NCBI GenBank assembly: GCA_963749495.1
Contig: CAVVMW010000023.1
Coordinates: 704,001-768,000, forward strand
Direction of reading: 5' to 3'
DNA length: 64,000 bases
DNA from: an uncultured bacterium
GTDB taxonomy: Bacteria; Verrucomicrobiota; Verrucomicrobiia; Limisphaerales; UBA8199
Positions within the stretch are counted from its first letter, which is position 1; the number at the start of each line of letters is the position of its first letter. The notes under the pieces are model-generated. The model did not search any database. It saw only the letters and a list, made by a program, of their open reading frames with translations, and was not told where the DNA came from. The translations under genes and the position numbers were made by a program. This document shows positions 1 to 11,300 of the stretch, in pieces.

Positions 1-223
1 ATCATTGACCTTCCTTATGCATGCTCATAGACCCCTCAGTTGCATAAAAATGTAGTTGTTTAACCGCCCTGGCCTCTCGAAAGCGGCCTCCTGCGCGGCT
101 GCAAGCCATCTACTGAGCGCCGCTTCTCTGGCGAAGCAGAAGCCACTAAAAGTGGGGTTTGCCAAACGCCATTTCGCCCTTCTGCCGGTTACAAAAAAAA
201 TGCAAAAAAATGCGATTCGGGGC

Positions 224-261
224 TTGACATGTCCGATAGCCTATATTATGTATCGGACATG
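224..261 (+). promoter_or_regulatory. Putative sigma-70 promoter overlapped by an 11-bp inverted repeat (candidate operator)
   Basis: TTGACA at 224-229 and an AT-rich TATATTAT at 242-249. CATGTCCGATA (228-238) and TATCGGACATG (251-261) form a perfect inverted repeat ending on the ATG at 259. Confidence 0.5.
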
Positions 262-630
262 AAGAAAACGATCTCTATCCCGCAAATCGAAGCTCGTATC
301 CAACACATCAAAACCCAACTCGCCGCCTTGGGCGATATGCGTCCCGGAAGCCTTTCCCGGCAGTATAACGTCTGCGGCAAGCCGGGCTGCCGTTGTAAGG
401 ACCCCGAAAAACCCCGACGCCACGGCCCCTATTACCAACTGAGTTGGGTGCATCGCCGCAAGAGCACCAGCCAGTTCATCCGCCCCGGCTTTGTCGCTCA
501 GGTCAAGGCCCAACTGGCCACTTATAGAACCTCTCGCAAGCTGACGGCACAATGGGTCGAGTTAGCCCTCCAGGCAGCCCAACTGAGGCTCCAAGCCGCC
601 AGAGACACCGCCACGCTCCAACCCAAGTGA
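259..630 (+). CDS. DUF6788-like small basic protein, IS-associated
   Basis: Motif GSLSRQYNVCGKPGCRC...HGPYYQLS, typical of small proteins found upstream of transposases. ATG 259 is preferred over 229, which lies inside the promoter. Confidence 0.75.
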   Translation: MKKTISIPQIEARIQHIKTQLAALGDMRPGSLSRQYNVCGKPGCRCKDPEKPRRHGPYYQLSWVHRRKSTSQFIRPGFVAQVKAQLATYRTSRKLTAQWVELALQAAQLRLQAARDTATLQPK

Positions 631-836
631 GCCTCCACCCGCCCCCCCTCCTTTCACCTCAAACCCTTCTCCCATGAGACTTAGCCAGCAGCAAATCTAT
701 ACGAGAGCCTCCTCGATGCCGCAGGTGCAATTCCAGGAACAACAACTGACCAGCTTCGGCGGTTTGCTCATCTTCCAGCAACTCTTCGGCAAAATCCAAC
801 TCAAGGAGCGCTTGCACCAGTGCTCGGCCCATCTGG

Positions 837-856
837 CCTGCCTGCCGGCAGGCAGG
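837..856. repeat. Perfect 20-bp palindrome CCTGCCTGCCGGCAGGCAGG, copy 1
   Basis: Self-complementary, extending to 24 bp with flanks (835-858). Identical to 1696-1715. Confidence 0.95.
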
Positions 857-1695
857 CCGGCAAGACCCTCTATCAGCCGCACGTGGTTGTGCTCTGGCTC
901 ATCGTGCACCTGCTCCTGGGCTTTCGCAAGCTGCGCGACATCCAATTCTATAAAGAGGACCCGCTGGTGCGGCGCGTGCTGGGTCTCAAGGCGCTCCCGG
1001 ACGTTTCGACCCTCAGCCGCATTCTGGCCGACTTCGATGAACCGGCGGTGGCCGCCCACCAGGGGTTGAATCGCCAGCAGGTCCTGGGACGACTGGCACA
1101 GGAGGGGCTCGCGCGCGTGACCTTGGACTTCGACGGCAGCGTCCTGTGGGCCAGCAAACACGCCGAAGGAACCGCAGTGGGCTTCAACAAGCAGAAGAAG
1201 GGCGCCCGGAGCTACTACCCCCTCTTCTGCACCGTGGCGCAGACGGCGCAAGTCCTGGACGTGTTGCACCGCTCGGGCAACGTGCACGACTCCAATGGAG
1301 CCGTAGAGTTTGTGCGCCAATGTGTGGGGCGCCTGCGCCAAGCCCTGCCCGGAGTCCAGATCGAGGTCCGGATGGATAGCGCCTTTTTCAGTGATGAGAT
1401 GGTTGGGGCGCTGGAGCAACTCGACGTGGAATTCACCGTGTCGGTCCCCTTCGAGCGTTTTGTGGAGCTCAAGGCTCTGATCCAGGACCGGCGCGTGTGG
1501 TGGCCGGCCACGGTGGACGGTAAACTGCGGTATTTCCTCAAGCTCTGGAAGCCCAAGTGCTGGGAAACGCCCCGCCGGTTCATCTTCATTCGCCAGGAGA
1601 GCACCGTGCAACAGAAGGGTCCCATCCAGTTAGACATCTTCGAACCCCACCAGACGGGATTTGAATTCAAGGTGATCGTGACCAACAAGACCGGG

Positions 1696-1715
1696 CCTGC
1701 CTGCCGGCAGGCAGG
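1696..1715. repeat. Perfect 20-bp palindrome CCTGCCTGCCGGCAGGCAGG, copy 2
   Basis: Identical to 837-856. Removing it restores TNKTG|LALNVVRFHEGRG. Confidence 0.95.
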
Positions 1716-2312
1716 CTGGCCCTGAACGTCGTCCGCTTCCATGAGGGCCGAGGGCAGCAGGAGAAGCTCTTGGGCGAACTCAAAGACCAAGCCCAGATGG
1801 ATTACTTGCCGGGTCGCAAATGGGTGACCAACAAGATGTACCTGCTCTGTGCCGTGCTGGCCCACAACCTGGGCCGGGAGTTACAGAGGGACGCCCGCGC
1901 CCCGGAACGCGCCACCACCCACAAGCGCAGTGCCTTGTGGATCTTTGAGGGCTTGGAGATGATGCGGCGCAAGTTCATCCAACGGGCGGGACGACTCACC
2001 CGGACCAATGGCCGCCTGACCCTGACGTTGACCGCCAACAAAGTGGTGGAACAGATCTTCCGCAGCTACCTCCAGGCGTAGCCACCCAGCTTTCTTAAGC
2101 CTACAGACCCGGCTGCAACGCTAAAGTGCGTGCCGGAGTAGCCTTCCTTCTCCTCCCCAATTCCTTCCACTGGTCGTTCCTCGCCGTGGTTGCGCTCTGC
2201 GGCTGCCCGCTCGCCGCTCGCGCTTGCCGAGGCACAGGCCACGCGAGCCACCGCAGTCCTAAAGAATGCTCCCATTGGTCGCAAAAAGGGTCATTTTTAT
2301 GCAACGTTAGGG

Positions 2313-5300
2313 TACAGCGTTCCCTGCCTGGGCCGGACAATCTGGTGGAGCTTCAACCCGCCCGTCCAGGCGTACGCGACGATCTCGCTGGCCGGCAGCA
2401 CCTTTGACACGCTCATGGCCGGAGGCGTGTTCAACGGGGTCAACAACGGCAAGTCTTGGTACAACGACGACGCCAACGGACTGGTGACCAGTGCGGCCAC
2501 GGTCCTGGTGTATCCCGGCCAGACCAACCGAATCGTGGTGGACGGCAAGAGCGGCGCCGCCGCCGGCAGCGTCGGGGGAGTCAACCTCGCCGTCAGCCTG
2601 GGCGCGCCCACCAACGACTTCTACGCCAATGCCCAGGTGCTGGTTCCCCAGAGCTCTTTCAGCGCCGGCAATACGACCGGCATCAGCATCCGCGTGCCCG
2701 GCTCGACCACGTACGCCAGCAACGAGGGAGAAAACTGGGCGGGCAATTACTGGCTCCCGCTCCCGCCCAACAAGAACGTCTGGTTCTCCTACACGGCGAC
2801 CAACAGCGGAACGATTTGCCTGATGGTCGAGAGCCCGGCTAACCACCTCATCGCGGTCTACAGCGGCAATTCCTTCAACAACGGCTGGATCGGCGGCAGC
2901 ATCGGCACTGCCGGCGCCTCGCCCAACGCAGCCTTTACCTTCGCCGCCACCGGCGGCACGACCTACAAAATCTGCATCGACGGCACGGTCCCCGGTCCGT
3001 TTGTCCTCAACCTCAAGCATTACAGCGCGGCGGCGCCGCTCAACGACAATTTCGCCAGCCGCATCCCGCTCACCAACGGCGTCACGACCGCCGGCACGCT
3101 GGCGGGTTCGACCCGCGAGTCGGGCGAGCCGTCTTATCATGGCGGCAACGGCAGCGTCTGGTACAGCCTCGTGCCAGCCTGTACGGGACAATTGGAGGTG
3201 GACACCAAGGGCAGCGCCGCCGACACCCTCATCGCCGCCTACACCACCAACACCGTCCCTGGCCAGGTCAATAACCTGACCTATCTGGCCGCCAACATCC
3301 ACGCCGACGGCAACGCTTCCAGCCGCATCTCGATTCCAGTAACAGCGGGCAAGGAGTACGAGATCGCTGTGGCCTTGAACAGCGGCATGGTCCAGGATTT
3401 CGTCATCACCCCGCGTCTCACCTGCGCAGGCTATGTCGAGGCAGATCCCGGCACCGCGAACTTCCTGGAGTGCGGGACGGTCTTTCTCACGACGCCGGGC
3501 GGGGGAAACATCTATTATAGCCTCAATGGCGGGGCCTACCAGCTTTACACCAACGGACCCGGCATCACGCCAACGAACCTGGTCTATGCGGCCGTCACGA
3601 ATGGGATTTTCACCAAGACGGGCGGCGGGAACAACTGGAACGGCGGGTTTACCTCCGTCGAGACGATCGCGGGAGACGGTTTTGCGGAGTGCGTCGCCAC
3701 GGTCAACAACCAGGATTCCATGTTCGGCCTGCAGGCCACGTACGCGTTCCGCCAGCTACACCGGCATCGACTACGCCCTGTACCTGTGGGGAGCCGGTCA
3801 GATCCAAATCTACGAGGCGGGCACCTACAAGGCAACCGCCGGGTATTACAACGTGGGAGACCGGCTTCGGGTCGTTCGCACCGGCAACATCGTGCGCTAC
3901 TACCGGAACGGCGGGCTCCTCTACACCAGCTCGGTCACCTCGACCGGAATCCTGCACTTCGCCGCCTCGATGTATCAGCCGGGCACCTGCGCCTTGGGGC
4001 CGTGTTACCTGCGCAACGCGGGCATGGCCAATGAGACCGGCATCGTCATCTCGTCCGGGGACGTGAACGGAAACGCCACGCTGTCGGCGTACGGCCAGCC
4101 GGGAAGCGTGAACAGTTGGAATTATACGGTCCAGGCGGCCCCGCCCGTGGTGCTCAAAGGCAATTACCTCACCTGGACGAACCTGACCGGCGTTTACCAG
4201 GCGGGCACGCTCCTCACCAAGTCTTCGGCCAACAACGCCTGGGGCAATGCCCTGGCAGTTTCGGCGGACGCCGCTTCCAGGGATTGTTCGGCTGATTTCG
4301 TCGTTTGCCCCGGCTCGTCCTATAACATGGTTGGTTTGACGGCCAACAGCACGATATCCGGTTACGGGGACATCAACTTCGCCTGGCACAACGCCAATAA
4401 CACCCTCTATATTTACGAGAGCGGCAACTCACGCGGCTGCTTCGGCCCACTCTCCCCGGCAACGTCCTGCGGGTCGAACGGCTCGGCTCGGCCATCAACT
4501 ATTACCAGAACGGTAATTTACGCTACACGTCGGGTCTTTCGAGCGCCGCAACCTTGCGCGCGGCAACGACCATTTACTCGATCGCCACCCAAGTCGGCCC
4601 TGCCGCCTTTTACCTGCCGCAGTCGCCAGCCGTCACGATCGTGCCCAGCCCCTACGGTGACTCGACGCTTTACACCTCCGCAGCGCCGCCGGCCTCGGCT
4701 CCGACGGTCACGGCCAGTTCCCCGGATGCCTCGGCCCAACCGCCGTCATTATCGAGTTCCGCCAACTTCCGCTTCAGGAGCTTCCGCACCGGAGTCGTGC
4801 CCAGCACAGACGCGCTGCTCTCCTATTTGGCCAACTCCCTGCCGGGGCTGGTGTTTCAGGTGCCCGGGCCGGTTATCTCCACCACCAACCCCATCACGGT
4901 GGTTTCGCCCTCGGGCGTGGGCGGCACCTGGACGATCATTTTCCCCAACGGCAGCAAGGTCACCGGCCCGGGCGGCGGCAGCTATGCGTTCAACCCGCAG
5001 GGTGGCGGCATCTACACGGCCACCCTTTACGCTCCGGGTTACGACATCCCCGCCGCCTCGACCAACCTTTCGTTCGTGGTGAACGATATGGGGATCACGC
5101 CCAGCGGCACTTACGGGGCCATCCCCTTCTACGTCGGCGCCTGGAGCACTTATCCGCTCAGCATCTATTACACGTTTGCCGCGCAGGGAACGCCGAACAC
5201 CCTGTACACCAACCCCATCGCTCTTTCCAACACCAACGTCACGATCCGGTTCATGGGAACGCGCCCCGGTTTCACGCCGCAGTATTTGTCCGGCACATAC

Positions 5301-8300
5301 GCGTATTGCCCAAACGTGACCATCTCGCCAACAGGAACGTTTTCCAACGCCGCCACCTTCACGGTCAGCGGGGCAAATACCCTTCAATACCAAGCGGGCA
5401 GCGGACCCTGGCAGGCTTACACGGGGCCGTTCACCCTGGACGGCATACCCGGGGGCAGCGATTTCCTCCGTGCCTGCGCCCAGACCTCTCCTGGCGTTTA
5501 TGGGCCGACCAACAGCAGCCTCGTGACTTTTCAAGCCGCCTGCCCCGCCGTCACGCCGCCCGGCGGCGCGGTGAACGGCAGCTACACGCTGAGTGCGCAG
5601 TCCGGCACGATCGGGGCCCAGGTCTATTACGCCATGGGCGACACCATGGGCAGCATGCCCGCGCCGGCCTCCGTGACCAATCTCTATGCCGGGCCCATCA
5701 CGCTGAGCGGCTCCCGAAACTTTGTCTTCATCGCCCGCAAAACCGACTACCTGGACAGCCAGCCCGTCACCAACACCTACACCGCGCAGTTGCCCGCCCC
5801 TTCCTTTGTGACGCCCAGCGCCGCCTTCAGCGCTCCCGCGCAGATCATCGTGCAGTCCGGCGACGGCTACGGCGGCACCTTTGTGCTGACGAGCCCGTCG
5901 GGAGCGGTTCAGACCGTTTACACCACCAATAACACCGCCGGCTTCATCATCAACGAGGGCGGGCAGTTCACGCTCATGCTCCAGCGGAACGGCTGGGCGC
6001 CTTCGCCACCGGCCACACAGATCTACAATTTCATCCTCGCCGATCTCTCGATTGCCCCGAGTCTGTCCTGCCTCTACGCGCCGACGATCATCAGCATCAA
6101 CTGGGACGGCACCAACCCGCAGACCCCGGCGGTGTATTACACGCTCGACGGGAGCACGCCCACGACCAATTCGACACGTTACACGGGCGCCTTCACCCTC
6201 ACCAATTCCGCCACGGTCATCGCCCTGGGAATCCGCGCCGGATATGCCAGCGCCCTGGTAACCAACAATTACATCTACGAGTCGCCGGTCACGGCCTGGC
6301 CCCCGTCCGGAACGTACAACAATGCCGTCTCGCTCACCTTGAGCAACAGCCAGGCGCAGGCCATCTATTATCAGGTGAACGGGGGCGGGTGGCAAACTTA
6401 CACCGGGCCGTTCAGCCTCGACGGGCTCGGGAGCGGCAGCGTCACGCTGAGCACCCGCTACGATACCGGGACACAATGCCCCGGCCCAACGAACCTGTAT
6501 TCTTACTCGTTTAAGGCCGCCGACCCGATCGTCACGCCAGCGGGAACGAATTTCAGCGGGACCATGACTGTCTCGGCCGGCGACAACACCGCCGGGGCGG
6601 CGATCTTCTATGCCGTTGGCGACACGAACGGCAACCCCGCCTCCGGCTCGGCCGTCACTAACCTCTACACCGGGCCCATCGCTGTCGCTTCCACCCGCCA
6701 GTTCATCTTTCAAGCCCGCAAAAACGGTTACCAGGACAGCGCCCAAGTGCCGCAGGCTTACTCGAGTCCCTTGCCGGCACCCGCTTTCGGAACGCCGGAC
6801 GGCACCTTCACCAATGCCACGGCCATCACGCTCACCTCGCCGCTGGACACATCCCAGAGCTTTGTGCTGACCTTCCCCACCGGCGACTCGCAAACCAATC
6901 CCGTGACCGGAACCTCAGCCGCCATAACCATCAACGAGACCGGAACGTACCTCCTGCAATTGTTCAAAAACCCCTGGCTGCCATCGGCTGTCATGACCGC
7001 CAACTACGCCTTTCAAGTCGCGGACTTGCAGGTGACACCGGCCAGCCGATTGTTCAGCGATCTGTTGCAGGTCACGGCGAGCCAGGGTTTCAATCCCAAA
7101 CCGCTGACGATTTATTACACGGATGATGGAAGCGCGCCGACGACCAACGCCCTCGTTTACACCGGCCCCATTGCGGTTTCCAACACGGTCACGTTGCGGT
7201 TTATGGGCTGGCGCGAAGGCTACTCCCCCCAATACATCGATCGCATGTACACTTGCGCGCCCGGCTTGGCGATCTCTCCGCCATCGGGCACCAACGCCAG
7301 CGGCATCACGGTGACCATGACACCGTCCGGCACGAACTCTGTGATTTATTATTGCATCAACGACGGCGGTTGGACACCCTACGCCGCCCCTTTCGGAATC
7401 GATGGCGCGTCCAACGGCGTGGCTGTGGTCAAAGCCTACGCCGTCACGGGTCCGCTGGTCAGCCCCACCAACAGCGCCACGTACACTTTCAAAGTTGCCG
7501 CTCTGACGGTGAACCCGGCGAGTCAAAACTTGAACGGAAACGTTTCCGTCACTGCTGCAACGACCACGCTCGGCGCGGACATCTATTTCGCCAAGGGGAA
7601 TGACGGCGGAGAGACGCCTCCAGTCGCCGCCATCACCAACCTCTACAACGGTCCAGTAACGGTGAGCAGCACCACGGCGCTGTTGTTTGAAGGGCGCAAG
7701 GCCGGCTATCTTCCCGCGGATCAGGTTGAGCGCATTTACTCGGCCACCTTGCCCACCCCGCGCTTCGTGACCCCATCGAGCACGTTCACCAATCAAACCG
7801 CTATCACGGTGCAATCCGGACTCGCCGGCTACGGCGCCACATTCACTCTGTCAACTCCGGGCGGTTCGATTCTCACGGCCAGTTCGAGCACGGATACAGC
7901 CACGTTCAACATCAATGAGACCGGCGCCTATCAGTTGAGCGCCACGAAGGCCAACTGGCTTCCGTCGGGCAGCACCAATCAGGGTTTCAGTTTCATCGTT
8001 GCCGACCTCAACGTGAGCCCGCCCAGCGGCGCGTTCGACGGCCCAACCCTCGTTATCACCGCCCAGAGCAGCATCTCCAACCCCAAGCCGCTGGAAATCT
8101 ACTACACCAGGGACGGAAGCACGCCGACGACCAATTCCATGGTCTACGGCGGCGGGATCACGATCACCAATACCACCACGCTCAGGTGGCTTGCCACGCG
8201 CGATTACTACGCGCCGCAATACGCGACGAACACATACACCTGGGTGCCGGGCGTCACCCTCTCCCCGCCGGCCGGAACGTTCTCCAATGCCACGGTCTTC

Positions 8301-11300
8301 ACCTTGAGCACGCTGGCGGCGGGCGCGCAATTGTTTTATTCGACCAATGCGACCGACTGGCAGCCCTACACCGGGCCCCTCGCACTGGATGGGTTCAATG
8401 CGGGCACCGGCACCTTGCGCGCGACCTACACCGACTCCAACGGTTCAGGACCGACCAACTCGTTCACAATCAATTTCGTCGCCGCCGCGCCGGAAGTCAT
8501 GCCGACCAACCAGACCGTTTACTCGAACCTCACTGTGGCAGCCTCGACCGCCACGGCAGGCGCGAGCATCCTCTACTCCGCCAATTCGGATGGATTCGAC
8601 ACGGCGAACCTGACGAATCTTTACTCCTCGCCACTCACGATCACCAACCGCCGCTATTTCACTTTCCAGGCACAGAAACCCGGTTACGGGAACAGCGCTT
8701 TGACGCAGCGCAAGTTCGTCCAGAAACTCCCTCCTCCACACTTCATCACCACCGGGGACTACACCAACTGGGTCACCGCGTTCGTCGAGCTGGAGCAGCC
8801 GATCGCAAACGTGGTGTTCGTGGTTATCGGGCCCGAGACGAACACGATGGCGAACGCGCCCGTCTCCGCCACGACAGGCAAGCCGCTGGGGTATTACATA
8901 GCCAATGCCACGGGGAATTACGCGGCCAAGGCCACCGCGATCGATTGGGAGGACTCGGATTATGCAACCAACCAACTCACGTTCTGGGTCCAGGATTTGA
9001 GCACCCCTCCAACCCAATTGTTCAATGCGCCGGCGTTCATGGTGAGCGCGACTTCCTCGCTGTTTCCGGTGAACCCAAAACCGCTGGTGGTCTATTACAC
9101 AACCGATGGCACGGCACCGACGACGAACTCCCCCGTTTTCCCAGGTTCGATGGCAATCACGAACACTGCGTCGTTCCAGTGGCTGGCCACCCGCCAGGGC
9201 TATTACCCGCAGACCCTGAGCAACACCTACACCATTGTCGCGCCGATGACGGTGACGCCAGCGCCGGGCACATACTCCAACGCGATCACCGTTGCGCTCG
9301 CCTCGCCACACGGCGAAGCGGTTTTTTACTCGCTGAACAGCGGGTCCTCGCCGGGCGGGCTACCGGCGTCCTGGCAGAGTTATTCCGGGCCGATGACCTT
9401 CGACGGTTATCCTGGCGGGATGCTGAACGTCAACTGCATTTACACTGGCGGGACGACCAACGTCTTCTCCTACGTTTTTCAGGCGGACCCGCCGATCGTC
9501 AGCCCGGGCGATCAATTCCTGAGCTCACCCATCCAGGTAACGGCAACGCCCGGCGGCACGGTTGGGGCCGACATCGTCTATTACGAAGGAGACCTGGGCG
9601 GAGGTCCGCCCTCGACGAACCGTCCACAGACTGTCTACAGGGACCCGATACCGCTCTCGACGAGCCGTTCATATCTCTTCCAGTCGATCAAGGATAACTA
9701 CCGGCCGAGCGTCCTGGTAGCGCGCACCTACACGAGCCAACTGCCCACGCCGATCCTGCTGACCCCATCGGGAACATTCAGCAACCAGGTTCAGGTGCAG
9801 GTTCAATCGGGCCTCCCCGGCTACGGCGGGACTTACCTCATGATTGGCCCGGACGGGACGACCAACAAAGTGACCACGGAAGCCCCGGTTGCAGTGTTCA
9901 CCGCCAACGGGTCCTCGCCGGACGGACGACCGTACCAGTTCCTGATGCAACGGCCGGGCTGGATCAACAGCGCAGCCGCAAGCTGGGCGGCAACCTTCCA
10001 GGTGTCGGACCTGACCGTCGCGCCGGCTGGAGGACTCATCAGCATCCCCAATTCGCCGATTGCGGCTTCCGGAGATCCAAGCAATCCGAAACCGCTGAAG
10101 GTCTTTTACACGCTCAACGGTGACCCGCCAACGACCAACTCCGCGCTTTACACGACGCCGATCCTGATCAACTCGAACCTGACCATTCGCTGGCTGGCTA
10201 TGCGGGACGGGTACGTTCCGCTGCTCCAGACCAACTTTTACACGTTCGTAGCGGGCGTTACCATTGGCCCGACTGCCCCCTATTTCGTCAACGCCCAGGC
10301 ATTCACGCTGACGCCTCTGGGCCGAGCGACGGCGTTTATTATCGAACGACTCAAGGAGATACGCCGGGGGACTGGACGAATTACGCGGGACCGTTCACCC
10401 CGGACGCGACCAACCTGATCGAGTTCTATTCGTCATACGGGGGCCAACACAGCACCACCAACTCGTATTATGCGGCCTTCCAAGTCGGCGACATCCAGGT
10501 CAGCCCGCCCGGCGGCATTTTCACGAACGCCTTCCCGATCACGGCCGACACCCCAACCATTGGCGCCCAGATTGTCTGCGCCCGCGGGGACCTTGACGCC
10601 GGCGTGCCGGACTACGGCGCGCCCTACACCAACTACACCGGCCCCATCCAGCAAACGACCGACAACAGCGCCACCTACCGGTTCATCGCGCGCAAGCCGG
10701 GTTACGGCGATTCGCAGCCCGCCACGGCGACCTGGAGCTCGAAAATGCCGCTGCCAACGACGGGCCTGGGGACAAACATCGCCATCTGGGCGCCGACTCC
10801 GAACCTCCTCACCGTTTACCGGCCCAGCCAGTTCCACCGCTGCCTTACCAACAACTCTGTGGCGACCGGCATCCAATATCTCACCGGACAAAGCGAAGTG
10901 CCGTATTACCTCGAAACCTACGCCGCACCGGGCGATTATTGGTACCAGGCTGTGCGGCACGGGTGGGGTCCCTCGGACTGGCTGAGGATTCACGTCTCGC
11001 TCCTGAAACCGGACAACTTTGCGGACCGCCTTGATTTCGCGCTCCTGGACACCGGCACGAACTACGCCAATGGGCAGGCGCCATTGACCTACGGCGTGTT
11101 GGGGGACATCACCGGGGCAACCAGCGAGTCAGGCGAGTGGGACGGCACGTTCCAGAACGACGATGGGACCGTAACGACAGACCCGAACCGGGCCACCTCG
11201 CTGTGGTACCGCTGGGTGGCACCGGCCAACGGATTGGTGCATATCCAGGTCTTCGACAACCACACCGGCAACACCAACTACTTCATCTACGGCGTCTACA

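Larger units (their letters stand above)
674..2081 (+). pseudogene. IS1380-family transposase, frameshifted by two 20-bp palindromic insertions
   Basis: Motifs LTSFGGL, TLDFDGSV, SYYPL, VRMDSAF and HEGRGQQEKLLGELK are spread over ORFs 674-1069, 820-1725 and 1770-2081. Deleting 837-856 and 1696-1715 gives one 455-aa ORF. Confidence 0.85.
32..2312 (+). mobile_element. IS1380-family insertion sequence (accessory ORF plus transposase)
   Basis: GTTGCATAAAAATG (39-52) is the exact reverse complement of CATTTTTATGCAAC (2292-2305), with imperfect extensions to CCC (32) and GGG (2312). It encloses an IS1380-type DDE transposase. The flanks (ATAGA / TACAG) show no target duplication. Confidence 0.8.

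Noticed and set aside
2190..2312. N-terminus of the 614-aa ORF as the real start of the giant protein
   Set aside because: This stretch lies inside the IS right end and encodes no signal peptide, so it is chance read-through.
10762..10800. GLGTNIAIWAP resembling the mature N-terminus GLGTNLALYPP of the third large protein
   Set aside because: The match is too short in low-complexity, TN-rich proteins to be meaningful.
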